Shown: one piece after another, positions 1 through 8,222 of the stretch | How the letters are laid out: each line of letters opens with the position of its first letter | Position numbering within the stretch: position 1 is the stretch's first letter | Assembly (NCBI GenBank): GCA_012513005.1 | Contig: JAAZCZ010000061.1 | Span: forward strand, 5,680 to 69,679 | DNA: 64,000 nt | From: Oscillospiraceae bacterium | GTDB taxonomy: Bacteria > Bacillota > Clostridia > Oscillospirales > Oscillospiraceae | Direction: 5' to 3' | Program-made: the position numbers and the translations under genes | The notes under the pieces: model-generated | What the model saw: the letters and a program-made list of their open reading frames with translations, nothing else | Databases searched by the model: none | Told to the model about the DNA's origin: nothing

Positions 1-1
1 G

Positions 2-652
2 CAGCTTTTAGTATCTGTTGTATTTATATTTATAATGCGCCGTTATGGAGTAATTACGGCATCAGTTTACATTCCCTTTAGGCAGGCTGTGATACCTGTT
101 CCTGAGGTGCTTTTCTATATTTTTGCAGCCTTTGTCATAGTGGGAACTGTAAACGCTGTTAACATTACAGATGGAGTTGACGGTCTTGTTACGGGTGCCA
201 GCATTCCTGTTTGTATATTTTTTGCCGCCCTTTCATTTTTATGGGTATCAAAGCTGTCGTTAGGCATCTTTGCTTCAGCGTTAGCAGGTGGATTAGCCGG
301 TTTCTTGATTTACAATTTTCATCCTGCAAAGGTATTTATGGGGGATACAGGCTCATTGTTTTTAGGCGGTGCCATTGCAGCATTGGCTTTTTGCTATGAG
401 ATGCCGGTAATTCTCCTTATTTTAGGCTTATTGTATGTAATAGAGACTCTTTCGGACATAATTCAGGTATCTTACTATAAGCTTAGCCACGGCAAAAGAG
501 TTTTCAAAATGGCACCTTTTCATCATCATCTCGAAATGGGCGGTTGGACAGGGAAAAAATGGAACGAAAAAGAACTTTTTCTGCTATATTTCATTGTTTC
601 AACGGTATGTGCCGTAATTTCATATTTAGGTGTAATGAACAGGTTCATTTAG
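2..652 (+). CDS. mraY: phospho-N-acetylmuramoyl-pentapeptide transferase MraY, C-terminal part (5' end lies upstream of the window)
   Basis: The frame is open from base 2, with no stop before the ATG at 35. Conserved MraY motifs NAVNITDGVDGL, MGDTGSLFLGG and MAPFHHHLE are present. ftsW and murG follow, as in dcw clusters. Confidence 0.9.
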   Translation, partial: QLLVSVVFIFIMRRYGVITASVYIPFRQAVIPVPEVLFYIFAAFVIVGTVNAVNITDGVDGLVTGASIPVCIFFAALSFLWVSKLSLGIFASALAGGLAGFLIYNFHPAKVFMGDTGSLFLGGAIAALAFCYEMPVILLILGLLYVIETLSDIIQVSYYKLSHGKRVFKMAPFHHHLEMGGWTGKKWNEKELFLLYFIVSTVCAVISYLGVMNRFI

Positions 653-682
653 TCTTAATTAAATTGCAAGTATAATATTATT

Positions 683-1816
683 ATGAGAAACATAAGCATT
701 AAATCCAATAAACGAGGAAAAATTGACAAACCGTTTTTATATATAACTTTGATATTGCTGTTTATAGGCGTTGTAATGGTCTTTTCTGCGAGCTATTCAA
801 GAGCGTACTATACCAAGCAAAATGCAGGATACTACTTTTTTAGGCAGCTGAGCTTTGCTTTTATCGGGCTTTTATCAATGTATTTATTATCAAAAGTCCC
901 TGTATCTGTGTATAAAAAGCTTTCTGTTTTTGTATTAATCTTTTCTCTGGCAAGCCTTGCTGTGGTTCCGTATTTCGGAATTGAAGAAAACGGTGCCAGA
1001 AGATGGCTTAGCTTGGGATTCACGACTTTTCAGCCTTCTGAAATTGCTAAAATAAGTGTAATACTCTCTTTTTCTTCGCTTATATGCAGATTTAAAGGCA
1101 AGATGAAAACATTTAAGTACGGGGTCTTGCCTTTTGCCATAATTTTATTCTTAATTATTGCTCTTTTGGTCTTAGAGCCTCATTTTTCTGCAGCGATAAT
1201 AATTATTTTGCTTGGCGCTACAATGCTGTTTTTAGGCGGTACCGGCCTCATTTGGTTTTTTCTGGGATTTTGCGTAGCTGCCGGTGGTCTATATTTAGCA
1301 ACCAGATATTTTCCATATGTTGCAGAGAGAATACATGTTTGGAGAGACCCGTTTGGGTTTGCTGACGGAAGAGGATATCAAATTGTTCAGTCACTTTATG
1401 CGATAGGCTCGGGAGGGCTTTCCGGATTGGGGCTGGGAAACGGGAGACAAAAGCTGCACTATCTGCCTGAAGAGCATAACGACTTCATATTTTCGGTTGT
1501 ATGTGAGGAACTTGGATTAGTAGGTGCTTCTGTTATTATTATTTTATTTGCGCTGCTTATCATAAGAGGATTCTGGCTGGCACTTCATATGAAGAACAGA
1601 TACAGCTTTTTAGTAGTATCCGGAATAATGACACTTCTGTCAATTCAGGTTATAATGAACATTGCTGTTGTAACAAATCTAATTCCTTGCACCGGAATAT
1701 CGTTACCGTTTTTTTCTTACGGAGGTACAGCCTTAGTAATACAGATTTCGCAAATTGGTATAGTTCTTAGCGCATCAAAAGAGCTAGTGAGTCAAAATGA
1801 ATGTGAGGGAGACTAA
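683..1816 (+). CDS. ftsW: SEDS-family peptidoglycan glycosyltransferase FtsW/SpoVE/RodA
   Basis: Polytopic membrane protein with SEDS motifs FQPSEIAKI, LPEEHNDFIFS and GISLPFFSYGGTA. Its position between mraY and murG fits. The ftsW versus spoVE assignment cannot be resolved by eye. Confidence 0.88.
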   Translation: MRNISIKSNKRGKIDKPFLYITLILLFIGVVMVFSASYSRAYYTKQNAGYYFFRQLSFAFIGLLSMYLLSKVPVSVYKKLSVFVLIFSLASLAVVPYFGIEENGARRWLSLGFTTFQPSEIAKISVILSFSSLICRFKGKMKTFKYGVLPFAIILFLIIALLVLEPHFSAAIIIILLGATMLFLGGTGLIWFFLGFCVAAGGLYLATRYFPYVAERIHVWRDPFGFADGRGYQIVQSLYAIGSGGLSGLGLGNGRQKLHYLPEEHNDFIFSVVCEELGLVGASVIIILFALLIIRGFWLALHMKNRYSFLVVSGIMTLLSIQVIMNIAVVTNLIPCTGISLPFFSYGGTALVIQISQIGIVLSASKELVSQNECEGD

Positions 1817-1817
1817 T

Positions 1818-2948
1818 ATGAAGGTTATCTTTGCCTGTGGGGGAACGGCAGGGCATATTAATCCTGCGCTGTCGGTTGCAGCAGCGCTTTCGGTTATGGA
1901 TCCTTACTGTGATTTTTTGTTTATAGGTGCAGAGGGCAGAATGGAGACAGACTTGGTGCCCAGAGCAGGTTTTCCGATTAAAACCATTGACATTACAAAT
2001 ATTCACAGAAGTATTAGGCCAATGGAGATCGCTCATAATGTTAATACTCTGATAAAGGTAGTTAAGTCTAAAGGCCAAGCAAAGAAAATAATAAGAGAGT
2101 TTGATGCAGATGTTGTCATAGGCACAGGAGGATATGTTTGCTACCCTGTATTAAAAGCTGCAGCTGAACTTGGTATTCCTACTGCTATGCATGAATCTAA
2201 TGCAATACCCGGACTTACTACTCGGATGCTACAGAATGTTGTTGATATTATTATGGTCGGTTTTGATGAATGTAAGTCTGAATATAAAAACCCGGAAAAA
2301 GTGATGGTAACCGGTACTCCGATAAGACCTGAGTTTTTTGATAATGACAGAGACAGTGCAAAAAGGCTTCTCGGCTTAGACCCGAATAAACCCTTGGTTG
2401 TATCAATCTGGGGAAGCCTAGGCGCTGCAAATATGAACTTAATAATAAAGAACATGATGACAAGAGCGTCTGCTGACCCCTTTTTCACTATTATTCATGC
2501 ATCCGGCAAAGTGGGATATAAGAAGATGCTGGAATCATTAAAAAGAGATGTTCCCAATCACGACGAAATCGGTCTACATGTTAAAGATTATATTTATGAT
2601 ATTCCGCTTGTTTTGGCAGCAGCAGACCTCGCAATTTGCAGGGCAGGTTCTTCGACATTGGCGGAATTAGCTGCTCTCGGTAAGCCGGCAATTTTAGTTC
2701 CAAGTCCAAATGTAACCAGAAATCATCAGGAGCCAAATGCAAGAGTCCTGGAAAAATCCGGGGGAGCAAAAGTCATTTTAGAAAACGAAATAACTGCAGA
2801 CTTGCTTTTAGGTCTTGTATCGGAGCTGCTTCATAAACCGGAGAAACTGGAAGAAATGGCGAGCAAGATGAGCGCCGTTGGTGTTGCTGATTCAGCTAAC
2901 ATTATTGCAGATGCCGTTGTAAAGTTAGTAAAAAATAAAGAAAAATAG
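1818..2948 (+). CDS. murG: UDP-N-acetylglucosamine--N-acetylmuramyl-(pentapeptide) pyrophosphoryl-undecaprenol GlcNAc transferase MurG
   Basis: The N-terminus MKVIFACGGTAGHINPAL carries the MurG G-loop. I chose the ATG at 1818 because a GAGGGAG RBS sits 6 nt upstream. The ORF-track start at 1797 lies inside ftsW. Confidence 0.9.
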   Translation: MKVIFACGGTAGHINPALSVAAALSVMDPYCDFLFIGAEGRMETDLVPRAGFPIKTIDITNIHRSIRPMEIAHNVNTLIKVVKSKGQAKKIIREFDADVVIGTGGYVCYPVLKAAAELGIPTAMHESNAIPGLTTRMLQNVVDIIMVGFDECKSEYKNPEKVMVTGTPIRPEFFDNDRDSAKRLLGLDPNKPLVVSIWGSLGAANMNLIIKNMMTRASADPFFTIIHASGKVGYKKMLESLKRDVPNHDEIGLHVKDYIYDIPLVLAAADLAICRAGSSTLAELAALGKPAILVPSPNVTRNHQEPNARVLEKSGGAKVILENEITADLLLGLVSELLHKPEKLEEMASKMSAVGVADSANIIADAVVKLVKNKEK

Positions 2949-2983
2949 CCGAAATTGCGGTTATTTCTATTATAATTCTCGAT

Positions 2984-3012
2984 TTGTTAACATATTTTTG
3001 TTAGTATATAGT
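2984..3012 (+). promoter_or_regulatory. candidate sigma-A type promoter upstream of ftsQ
   Basis: TTGTTA (2984-2989), 17-nt spacer, TATAGT (3007-3012), about 35 nt upstream of the ftsQ start. Pattern match only. Confidence 0.3.
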
Positions 3013-3046
3013 ATTATTATCTGTAGTTTCTAATAAGGAGAACAAA

Positions 3047-3808
3047 ATGCAGTTTTCTCTGTTTCAGGGTGCAAAACGAAGGAAAAGATTAAAAAACGCG
3101 CTATATATTCCTGTAATATTTTTGGTGTTGGTAGCTGCTATGGTTTTTGCAATGAGCATATTTTTTAGAGTTGCAAGAATTGAAGTTATAGGAAATCAAA
3201 AATATGCTGCAAACGATGTAATTATTGCTTCGGGGCTTGAAGAAGGTGAGAACCTTGTTTTTATTAACAGGTTTGCAGCAGTAAGCAGATTGTTTTCAAG
3301 ACTTCCTTATGTTGAAAAGGCTTCGGTAGTCAGGAAGCTACCTAATAAAGTTGTTATTGAAATAAGTGAATGTGTTTCAATTGCGTATGTAACTCTTGAT
3401 TCTCAGCCTTGGATTATAGACAGAAACTGTAAGGTTTTAGCACAGGCTAAACCTGCAGACATGGAATCACTTATCAGAATTGACGGAATTTCTCCTATTA
3501 ACCCTACCGTGGGAGAAAAAATGAAGGTTTCTGCTGAAGATACAGATAAAGTTCCGTATATTTCAGAAATACTTGATCAGATTCAAAAAAGGGAAATACA
3601 GAAGGATTTTAGCAGTATCAATATTGCAGACAATTCCGCACCGACAATGAGCTATCTAAGCAGATTCTTTGTCAAACTTGGACCTTTAGATAATACTGAG
3701 CAAAAATTCGGCAAAATGCTCTCAGCAGTTTCAAAGCTAAAAAGCGGAGATACAGGGACACTGGATTTATCCTTGGACAGCAATAAGGTTGTTTTTAGCC
3801 CTGAATAA
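3047..3808 (+). CDS. ftsQ: cell division protein FtsQ/DivIB (N-terminal TM helix plus POTRA domain)
   Basis: Basic N-terminus, then one TM helix (ALYIPVIFLVLVAAMVFAMSIFF), then a POTRA-like stretch RIEVIGNQKY...VRKLPNKVVIEISE. AAGGAG RBS. The position between murG and ftsZ fits. Confidence 0.75.
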   Translation: MQFSLFQGAKRRKRLKNALYIPVIFLVLVAAMVFAMSIFFRVARIEVIGNQKYAANDVIIASGLEEGENLVFINRFAAVSRLFSRLPYVEKASVVRKLPNKVVIEISECVSIAYVTLDSQPWIIDRNCKVLAQAKPADMESLIRIDGISPINPTVGEKMKVSAEDTDKVPYISEILDQIQKREIQKDFSSINIADNSAPTMSYLSRFFVKLGPLDNTEQKFGKMLSAVSKLKSGDTGTLDLSLDSNKVVFSPE

Positions 3809-3847
3809 AGTATTTTGCTTTGGATATGCGTTAATTGCAAAAAATAG

Positions 3848-3876
3848 TTGACCAAAGGGGCTAAAAGATATAATAT
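3848..3876 (+). promoter_or_regulatory. candidate sigma-A type promoter for ftsZ
   Basis: TTGACC (3848-3853), 17-nt spacer, TAATAT (3871-3876). The -35 box coincides with the TTG that opens the ORF-track frame, which argues against that start. Confidence 0.45.
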
Positions 3877-3955
3877 GGGTAAGAAAAGCAAGAAAAAAAG
3901 GAGCTATGAATATGATAAAAATAGCTCTTCAACAGATAACAGGGAGGCAGCAAAT

Positions 3956-5110
3956 ATGTCTTATAAGACAGACTCTGGACCTGAGAATGTAGTAACATTA
4001 AAAGTCCTCGGAATCGGTGGAGCAGGCAACAATGTTGTTAATCGTATGGTTAAGTCAGGTACACAGGGTGTTGAGTTTATTTCAGTTAACACAGACAGGC
4101 AGGCACTGGCAGTATCTAATGCAGATTTAAAGCTCCAAATAGGAGAAAAGCTAACTCACGGGCAGGGCGCCGGCTCAGACCCCGAGGTTGGCAAGAAGAG
4201 TGCAGAGGAAAGCCGCAATGAAATTGCAAAGTGCTTTGAGTCTGCAGATATGGTGTTTATTACTGCAGGAATGGGAGGCGGAACCGGAACAGGTGCTGCG
4301 CCGATTATTGCTGATATTGCTCGTGAGGCTGACATTCTTACTGTCGGTGTGGTTACCAAGCCTTTCAAATTTGAAGGAAAAAGAAGAATGGAACAGGCAA
4401 TGGAAGGAATTAACGCCTTAATTTCAAAGGTTGATTCACTTCTTATTATTCCTAATGACCGTCTAAAATATGCAACTGACCAAAAGATTACCTTGGCAAA
4501 CGCTTTTGAAATAGCAGACGATGTTTTAAGACAAGCTGTTACCAGCGTTTCAGATCTTATTAAATCCACCGGTTTTATAAACCTTGATTTTGCCGACGTA
4601 ACAACAATAATGAAGGGTGCAGGTTTTGCACATATGGGCGTAGGTCACGCTGTAGGCAAGGGCAAAGCAGAGGAAGCTGCCAAACTTGCAGTATCCAGCC
4701 CCTTAATGGAAACCTCAATAAATGGCGCCCGCGGTGTTCTTATAAACATTACAGGCTCAGAAGACATGGGCTTAGATGATATAGAAACTGCCGCAAATCT
4801 TGTGCAGGAAGCTGCACATCCGGACGCAAATATTATCTTCGGTGCGACCTTTGACAACACGTTAGAGGACGAAATCAGAGTAACTGTTATAGCAACAGGC
4901 TTTGAGGACAGCAGCAAGCCAAAGTTAAAGTCGCCCATTGATATTCAGGCACCCAACAAGATTGCACCTGACTTTATTAACATACCTGATGATGATATTA
5001 AGCCCGTCAGCTTTTCTAAGCCGGCACCTGAACCCGCACCGGCTCCCACTACAAGACCGGCTGATGAGGATCCCTTTGACAGCATCTTCAAAATATTTAA
5101 CACTCAGTGA
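3956..5110 (+). CDS. ftsZ: cell division GTPase FtsZ
   Basis: Tubulin signature GMGGGTGTGAAPIIA and N-terminal GIGGAGNNVVNRM. The C-terminal conserved peptide DPFDSIFKIF follows a Pro-rich linker. I chose the ATG at 3956, preceded by GGGAGG. The in-frame upstream extension (3848 or 3875) is Lys-rich and overlaps the predicted promoter. Confidence 0.93.
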   Translation: MSYKTDSGPENVVTLKVLGIGGAGNNVVNRMVKSGTQGVEFISVNTDRQALAVSNADLKLQIGEKLTHGQGAGSDPEVGKKSAEESRNEIAKCFESADMVFITAGMGGGTGTGAAPIIADIAREADILTVGVVTKPFKFEGKRRMEQAMEGINALISKVDSLLIIPNDRLKYATDQKITLANAFEIADDVLRQAVTSVSDLIKSTGFINLDFADVTTIMKGAGFAHMGVGHAVGKGKAEEAAKLAVSSPLMETSINGARGVLINITGSEDMGLDDIETAANLVQEAAHPDANIIFGATFDNTLEDEIRVTVIATGFEDSSKPKLKSPIDIQAPNKIAPDFINIPDDDIKPVSFSKPAPEPAPAPTTRPADEDPFDSIFKIFNTQ

Positions 5111-5126
5111 TAAAGCTTATCTTTTT

Positions 5127-5156
5127 AGCGGGCAGCGTTGCTGTCCGCTAATTTTA
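5127..5156 (+). terminator. rho-independent terminator after ftsZ
   Basis: GC-rich hairpin AGCGGGCAGC-gtt-GCTGTCCGCT followed by AATTTTA. Confidence 0.55.
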
Positions 5157-5251
5157 TAAGTAGTAATTTTGAAAAGTGATTTTAAACCCTTTGATTTATT
5201 ATTTGTTGTGTGTTAACATCACTTGTATATTACTGATTAAGGATTATTTCT

Positions 5252-6538
5252 ATGAATAAAAAACTCAAATTGGCGCTAATAATAACGGGCTCTTTAATTG
5301 CTATTCTTCTCGCTGTTTTTTTAGCAAAAACATTGTTTAAACCGGCAGTGCAGGAAGTTGCAGTTACTGAAACACCCTTAGTAACAGAAACACCTGCTCC
5401 TACTGAGACAGCGCCTCCGGAACATATTAATACTACCGCAGCTAATATAGCAGTTGCAGGGGATGTGCTTGTACATGCAGCATTGAATCAAGAAGCCCTT
5501 TCCGGGGATGTATATAATTACTTACCTGTTATGGGAAGCGTTAAGGACCTGGTTTCTGCTGCCGATTATGCAATTTGTTCTTTGGGAACTACTTTTAGCG
5601 GCAGCGAAGAATTTTCTGCTTATCCCAGATCTGTGTCACCGCCCAGCTTGGCAGGGTCTTTAAAAGAGGCGGGATTTGATTTAATCAATACAGCAACATC
5701 CCATGCAGCAGATTCATTTAAACCCGGGATAGCGTATACGTTAGACAGACTCGATGAAGCAGGTCTTGCTCATGTGGGCACATACAGAACTCAGGAAGAG
5801 CGCGAATCAAATAATGGCGCTGCTTTTGCGGATATTAACGGAATCAAGTTTGCATTTTTAGCGTACACTGCCGATACTAATAAAATACCCATTTCGGGCT
5901 TCGAGTATGCAGTTAACTTATCTACTTCGGACTATCTTAAGTCTGCAAACAATTTTCTGTTTGATAAAATCTCAGCCGAACTAGCTGCAGTAAAGGCAGC
6001 AGGTGCTGATTTTGTTGTTGTTAATATGTCATGGGGCGATGAATTTGCAAAGGAACCGACCGAGAAGCAGAGGGAAGTAAGCGATTTTATCATAAAAAAT
6101 GGGGGAGACGTGATTATCGGCGGACATGCCCTTGTTCCTCAGGCGATGGAATCCAGAATTGTTAAGGATGAAAACGGAAAAGAGAGAAAGGGATTTGTTT
6201 CCTATTCGCTCGGCAACTTTATCTCTTGCCAAAAGGATCTGCTCGCCGATGTCTCTTCAATATTGAATCTCACAGTAAAGAAAGATACGGATACCGGCGA
6301 AACTTGGCTTGAGGATGTAAGCTATACACCAATTATGATGGTAAACCTAAACCGCTTTACGATTACCAATTTTGACTGGAAATACAGACTGTTTGATTTA
6401 CATGCTGCTATTAATGCAAGCCAAGAGGGAAGCCCTTATGACTTTATGAACGATGACTTGCTTGAGTATATGAAATCCTCACTTAACACATTAAGAGTTA
6501 TATACGGAGAGCGCTTTGATAAATATACTAAGCAGTAA
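5252..6538 (+). CDS. CapA-family (PGA_cap, metallophosphatase-fold) membrane-anchored protein
   Basis: N-terminal TM anchor and a Thr/Pro-rich linker. CapA-like blocks follow: AGDVLVHA, AGFDLINTATSHAADS, MSWGDEF...EKQRE...GGDVIIGGHALVPQ and SYSLGNFIS. Several canonical His positions appear substituted (see findings). Confidence 0.55.
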   Translation: MNKKLKLALIITGSLIAILLAVFLAKTLFKPAVQEVAVTETPLVTETPAPTETAPPEHINTTAANIAVAGDVLVHAALNQEALSGDVYNYLPVMGSVKDLVSAADYAICSLGTTFSGSEEFSAYPRSVSPPSLAGSLKEAGFDLINTATSHAADSFKPGIAYTLDRLDEAGLAHVGTYRTQEERESNNGAAFADINGIKFAFLAYTADTNKIPISGFEYAVNLSTSDYLKSANNFLFDKISAELAAVKAAGADFVVVNMSWGDEFAKEPTEKQREVSDFIIKNGGDVIIGGHALVPQAMESRIVKDENGKERKGFVSYSLGNFISCQKDLLADVSSILNLTVKKDTDTGETWLEDVSYTPIMMVNLNRFTITNFDWKYRLFDLHAAINASQEGSPYDFMNDDLLEYMKSSLNTLRVIYGERFDKYTKQ

Positions 6539-6546
6539 TTGAGCAT

Positions 6547-6578
6547 TAAAAATGCCCGCCAAAATGGCGGGCATTTTT
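6547..6578. terminator. bidirectional terminator between the CapA-like gene and rubrerythrin
   Basis: AAAAATGCCCGCC-aaaa-TGGCGGGCATTTTT: a perfect GC-rich stem flanked by an A-run and a T-run. Confidence 0.8.
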
Positions 6579-6586
6579 AGCTTAAA

Positions 6587-7126
6587 TTAATAATTTTTAG
6601 CTTCGATTTCAAAGTGTGCCTGAGGATGCACACAAACAGGACATACATCCGGCGCGTTTTTGCCTTCGTGAATGTGTCCGCAGTTGCGACAAATCCAAAC
6701 CTGAACAGAGTTACGGCAGAACACTTTCGCATCTTCGATATTTTTTAGAAGAGCAAGGTAGCGTTCTTCGTGATGCTTCTCAACTTCACGAACACCTGCA
6801 AACTGCTTTGCAATTTCAGTAAAGCCCTCTTCTTCGGCAACTTTTGCAAACTCAGCATACATTTCGGTCCATTCATAATGCTCGCCCTCGGCTGCCAATT
6901 TGAGGTTTTCGGGGGTTTTCCCAACTTTGCCGCCAACTAAATGCTTAAACCAAAGTTTTGCGTGCTCTTTCTCATTAAGAGCAGTTTTGGCAAATATTTC
7001 TGCTATTTGCTCATAGCCGTCTTTTTTTGCTTGAGAAGAGAAATAATCGTATTTGTTTCTTGCTTGCGATTCACCGGAAAATGCAGTTTCCAGATTTGCA
7101 TATGTTTTACTTCCTTTTAATTCCAT
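6587..7126 (-). CDS. rbr: rubrerythrin
   Basis: N-terminal ferritin-like di-iron domain ([31 protein letters not shown]). C-terminal rubredoxin-type CRNCGH...CPVC motif. AGGAGG RBS. Confidence 0.92.
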   Translation of the reverse strand: MELKGSKTYANLETAFSGESQARNKYDYFSSQAKKDGYEQIAEIFAKTALNEKEHAKLWFKHLVGGKVGKTPENLKLAAEGEHYEWTEMYAEFAKVAEEEGFTEIAKQFAGVREVEKHHEERYLALLKNIEDAKVFCRNSVQVWICRNCGHIHEGKNAPDVCPVCVHPQAHFEIEAKNY

Positions 7127-7154
7127 AAGTAAGCCTCCTATATGATTTAATTAT

Positions 7155-7183
7155 ATTATAGTACGAATTCCGATTAAAAACAA
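7155..7183 (-). promoter_or_regulatory. candidate sigma-A type promoter for rubrerythrin
   Basis: On the minus strand: TTGTTT, 17 nt, TATAAT (-10 at 7155-7160, -35 at 7178-7183). It overlaps a Fur/PerR-like AT-rich half-palindrome. Confidence 0.4.
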
Positions 7184-7220
7184 TAGCTTTTAGAAGTATT
7201 GTTAGTTATGAGCTTGATAC

Positions 7221-7249
7221 TTGATAAGAAGCGAATCATAGTTTATAAT
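7221..7249 (+). promoter_or_regulatory. candidate sigma-A type promoter for the HD-domain gene
   Basis: TTGATA (7221-7226), 17 nt, TATAAT (7244-7249). The predicted transcription start falls at about the TTG at 7252, so that ORF-track start is unlikely. Confidence 0.45.
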
Positions 7250-7272
7250 CTTTGAAAAACGGAGGTAATAAC

Positions 7273-7812
7273 ATGGGATTTGTACCAAAACCCGAAGAAG
7301 CTTTGGATATAATAAAAAAGTACAACAAGGAAGCATTTCACATTAGCCACGCTATTACAGTAGGAGAGGTCTTATCAAAAATTGCCGTAAAAGAGGACCC
7401 GGGCAGAGAGGATTACTGGAAAACAGTCGGAATACTTCACGATATTGACTTTGAAGAGTACCCTGATGAACATTGCCAAAAGGCTGTATCGCTGCTGAGA
7501 AATGAGGGTATTGATGAGGAAATAATCAAATCTGTCATCAGCCACGGATATGGGATTTGCTCAGATGTTGAGCCTACTCATATTATGGAAAAATACCTAT
7601 TTGCGATTGACGAGCTAACAGGTCTTATTGGAGCTGCTGCATTAATGCGCCCTACGGGATTTGAAGGCATGGAAGTTAAGTCTGTTGTAAAAAAATTTAA
7701 GGACAAAAAATTTGCTGCAGGCTGCTCTAGAGATATTATCAGCAGGGGAGCAGAAATGCTCGGAATAAGCCTTCAGGAACTGATTCAAATAACATTAGAT
7801 GCTATGAAGTAG
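7273..7812 (+). CDS. HD-domain phosphohydrolase family protein
   Basis: His...HD pattern (HAITVGEV ... GILHDIDFE ... SHGYG). ATG at 7273 preceded by GGAGG. Confidence 0.7.
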   Translation: MGFVPKPEEALDIIKKYNKEAFHISHAITVGEVLSKIAVKEDPGREDYWKTVGILHDIDFEEYPDEHCQKAVSLLRNEGIDEEIIKSVISHGYGICSDVEPTHIMEKYLFAIDELTGLIGAAALMRPTGFEGMEVKSVVKKFKDKKFAAGCSRDIISRGAEMLGISLQELIQITLDAMK

Positions 7813-7826
7813 TATTAATATATACT

Positions 7827-7866
7827 AAAAACCAAGTGAGACATAAATCTCACTTGGTTTTTGTTT
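7827..7866. terminator. bidirectional terminator between the HD gene and ybaB
   Basis: AAAAACCAAGTGAG-acataaat-CTCACTTGGTTTTT. Confidence 0.8.
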
Positions 7867-7886
7867 GTATTAAAAAATGTATATTA

Positions 7887-8222
7887 TTAGAACAGACCGC
7901 TTATCCCTGATAGCTTAGACATACTCGCAGCTGAAGCATCGTCTGCAGCGCGCAGAGCTTCATTAATAGCTGCTATTACAAGGTCCTGAAGCATTTCTGC
8001 ATCTGCAGGGTCTACTGCATCAGGAGAAATAATAAGCTCAGTTACAACGTGATCTCCGTTTACGGTAGCTTTAACAGCGCCTCCGCCTGAGCTTGCTGAA
8101 TAAGTAGCAGATTTCAGCTCGTTTTGCATCCTCATGAGATCTTCCTGCATTTTTTGGGCCTGTTTAAGCATGTTTGCCTGGTTCATAGGTCCACGATTAC
8201 CTTTAAAACCACCTTTAGCCAT
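7887..8222 (-). CDS. ybaB: YbaB/EbfC family nucleoid-associated protein
   Basis: About 110 aa with MLKQAQKMQEDLMRMQNEL and the tweezer-domain pattern. It lies immediately downstream of dnaX, the conserved arrangement. Confidence 0.9.
   Translation of the reverse strand: MAKGGFKGNRGPMNQANMLKQAQKMQEDLMRMQNELKSATYSASSGGGAVKATVNGDHVVTELIISPDAVDPADAEMLQDLVIAAINEALRAADDASAASMSKLSGISGLF

Noticed and set aside
3848-3955. The N-terminal 36-residue Lys-rich extension of FtsZ implied by the ORF-track start.
   Set aside because: The TTG at 3848 is the -35 hexamer, and the ATG at 3875 lies inside the -10 hexamer of a near-consensus promoter. The ATG at 3956 has a GGGAGG RBS and gives a canonical FtsZ N-terminus. 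I kept it only as an alternative in the findings.
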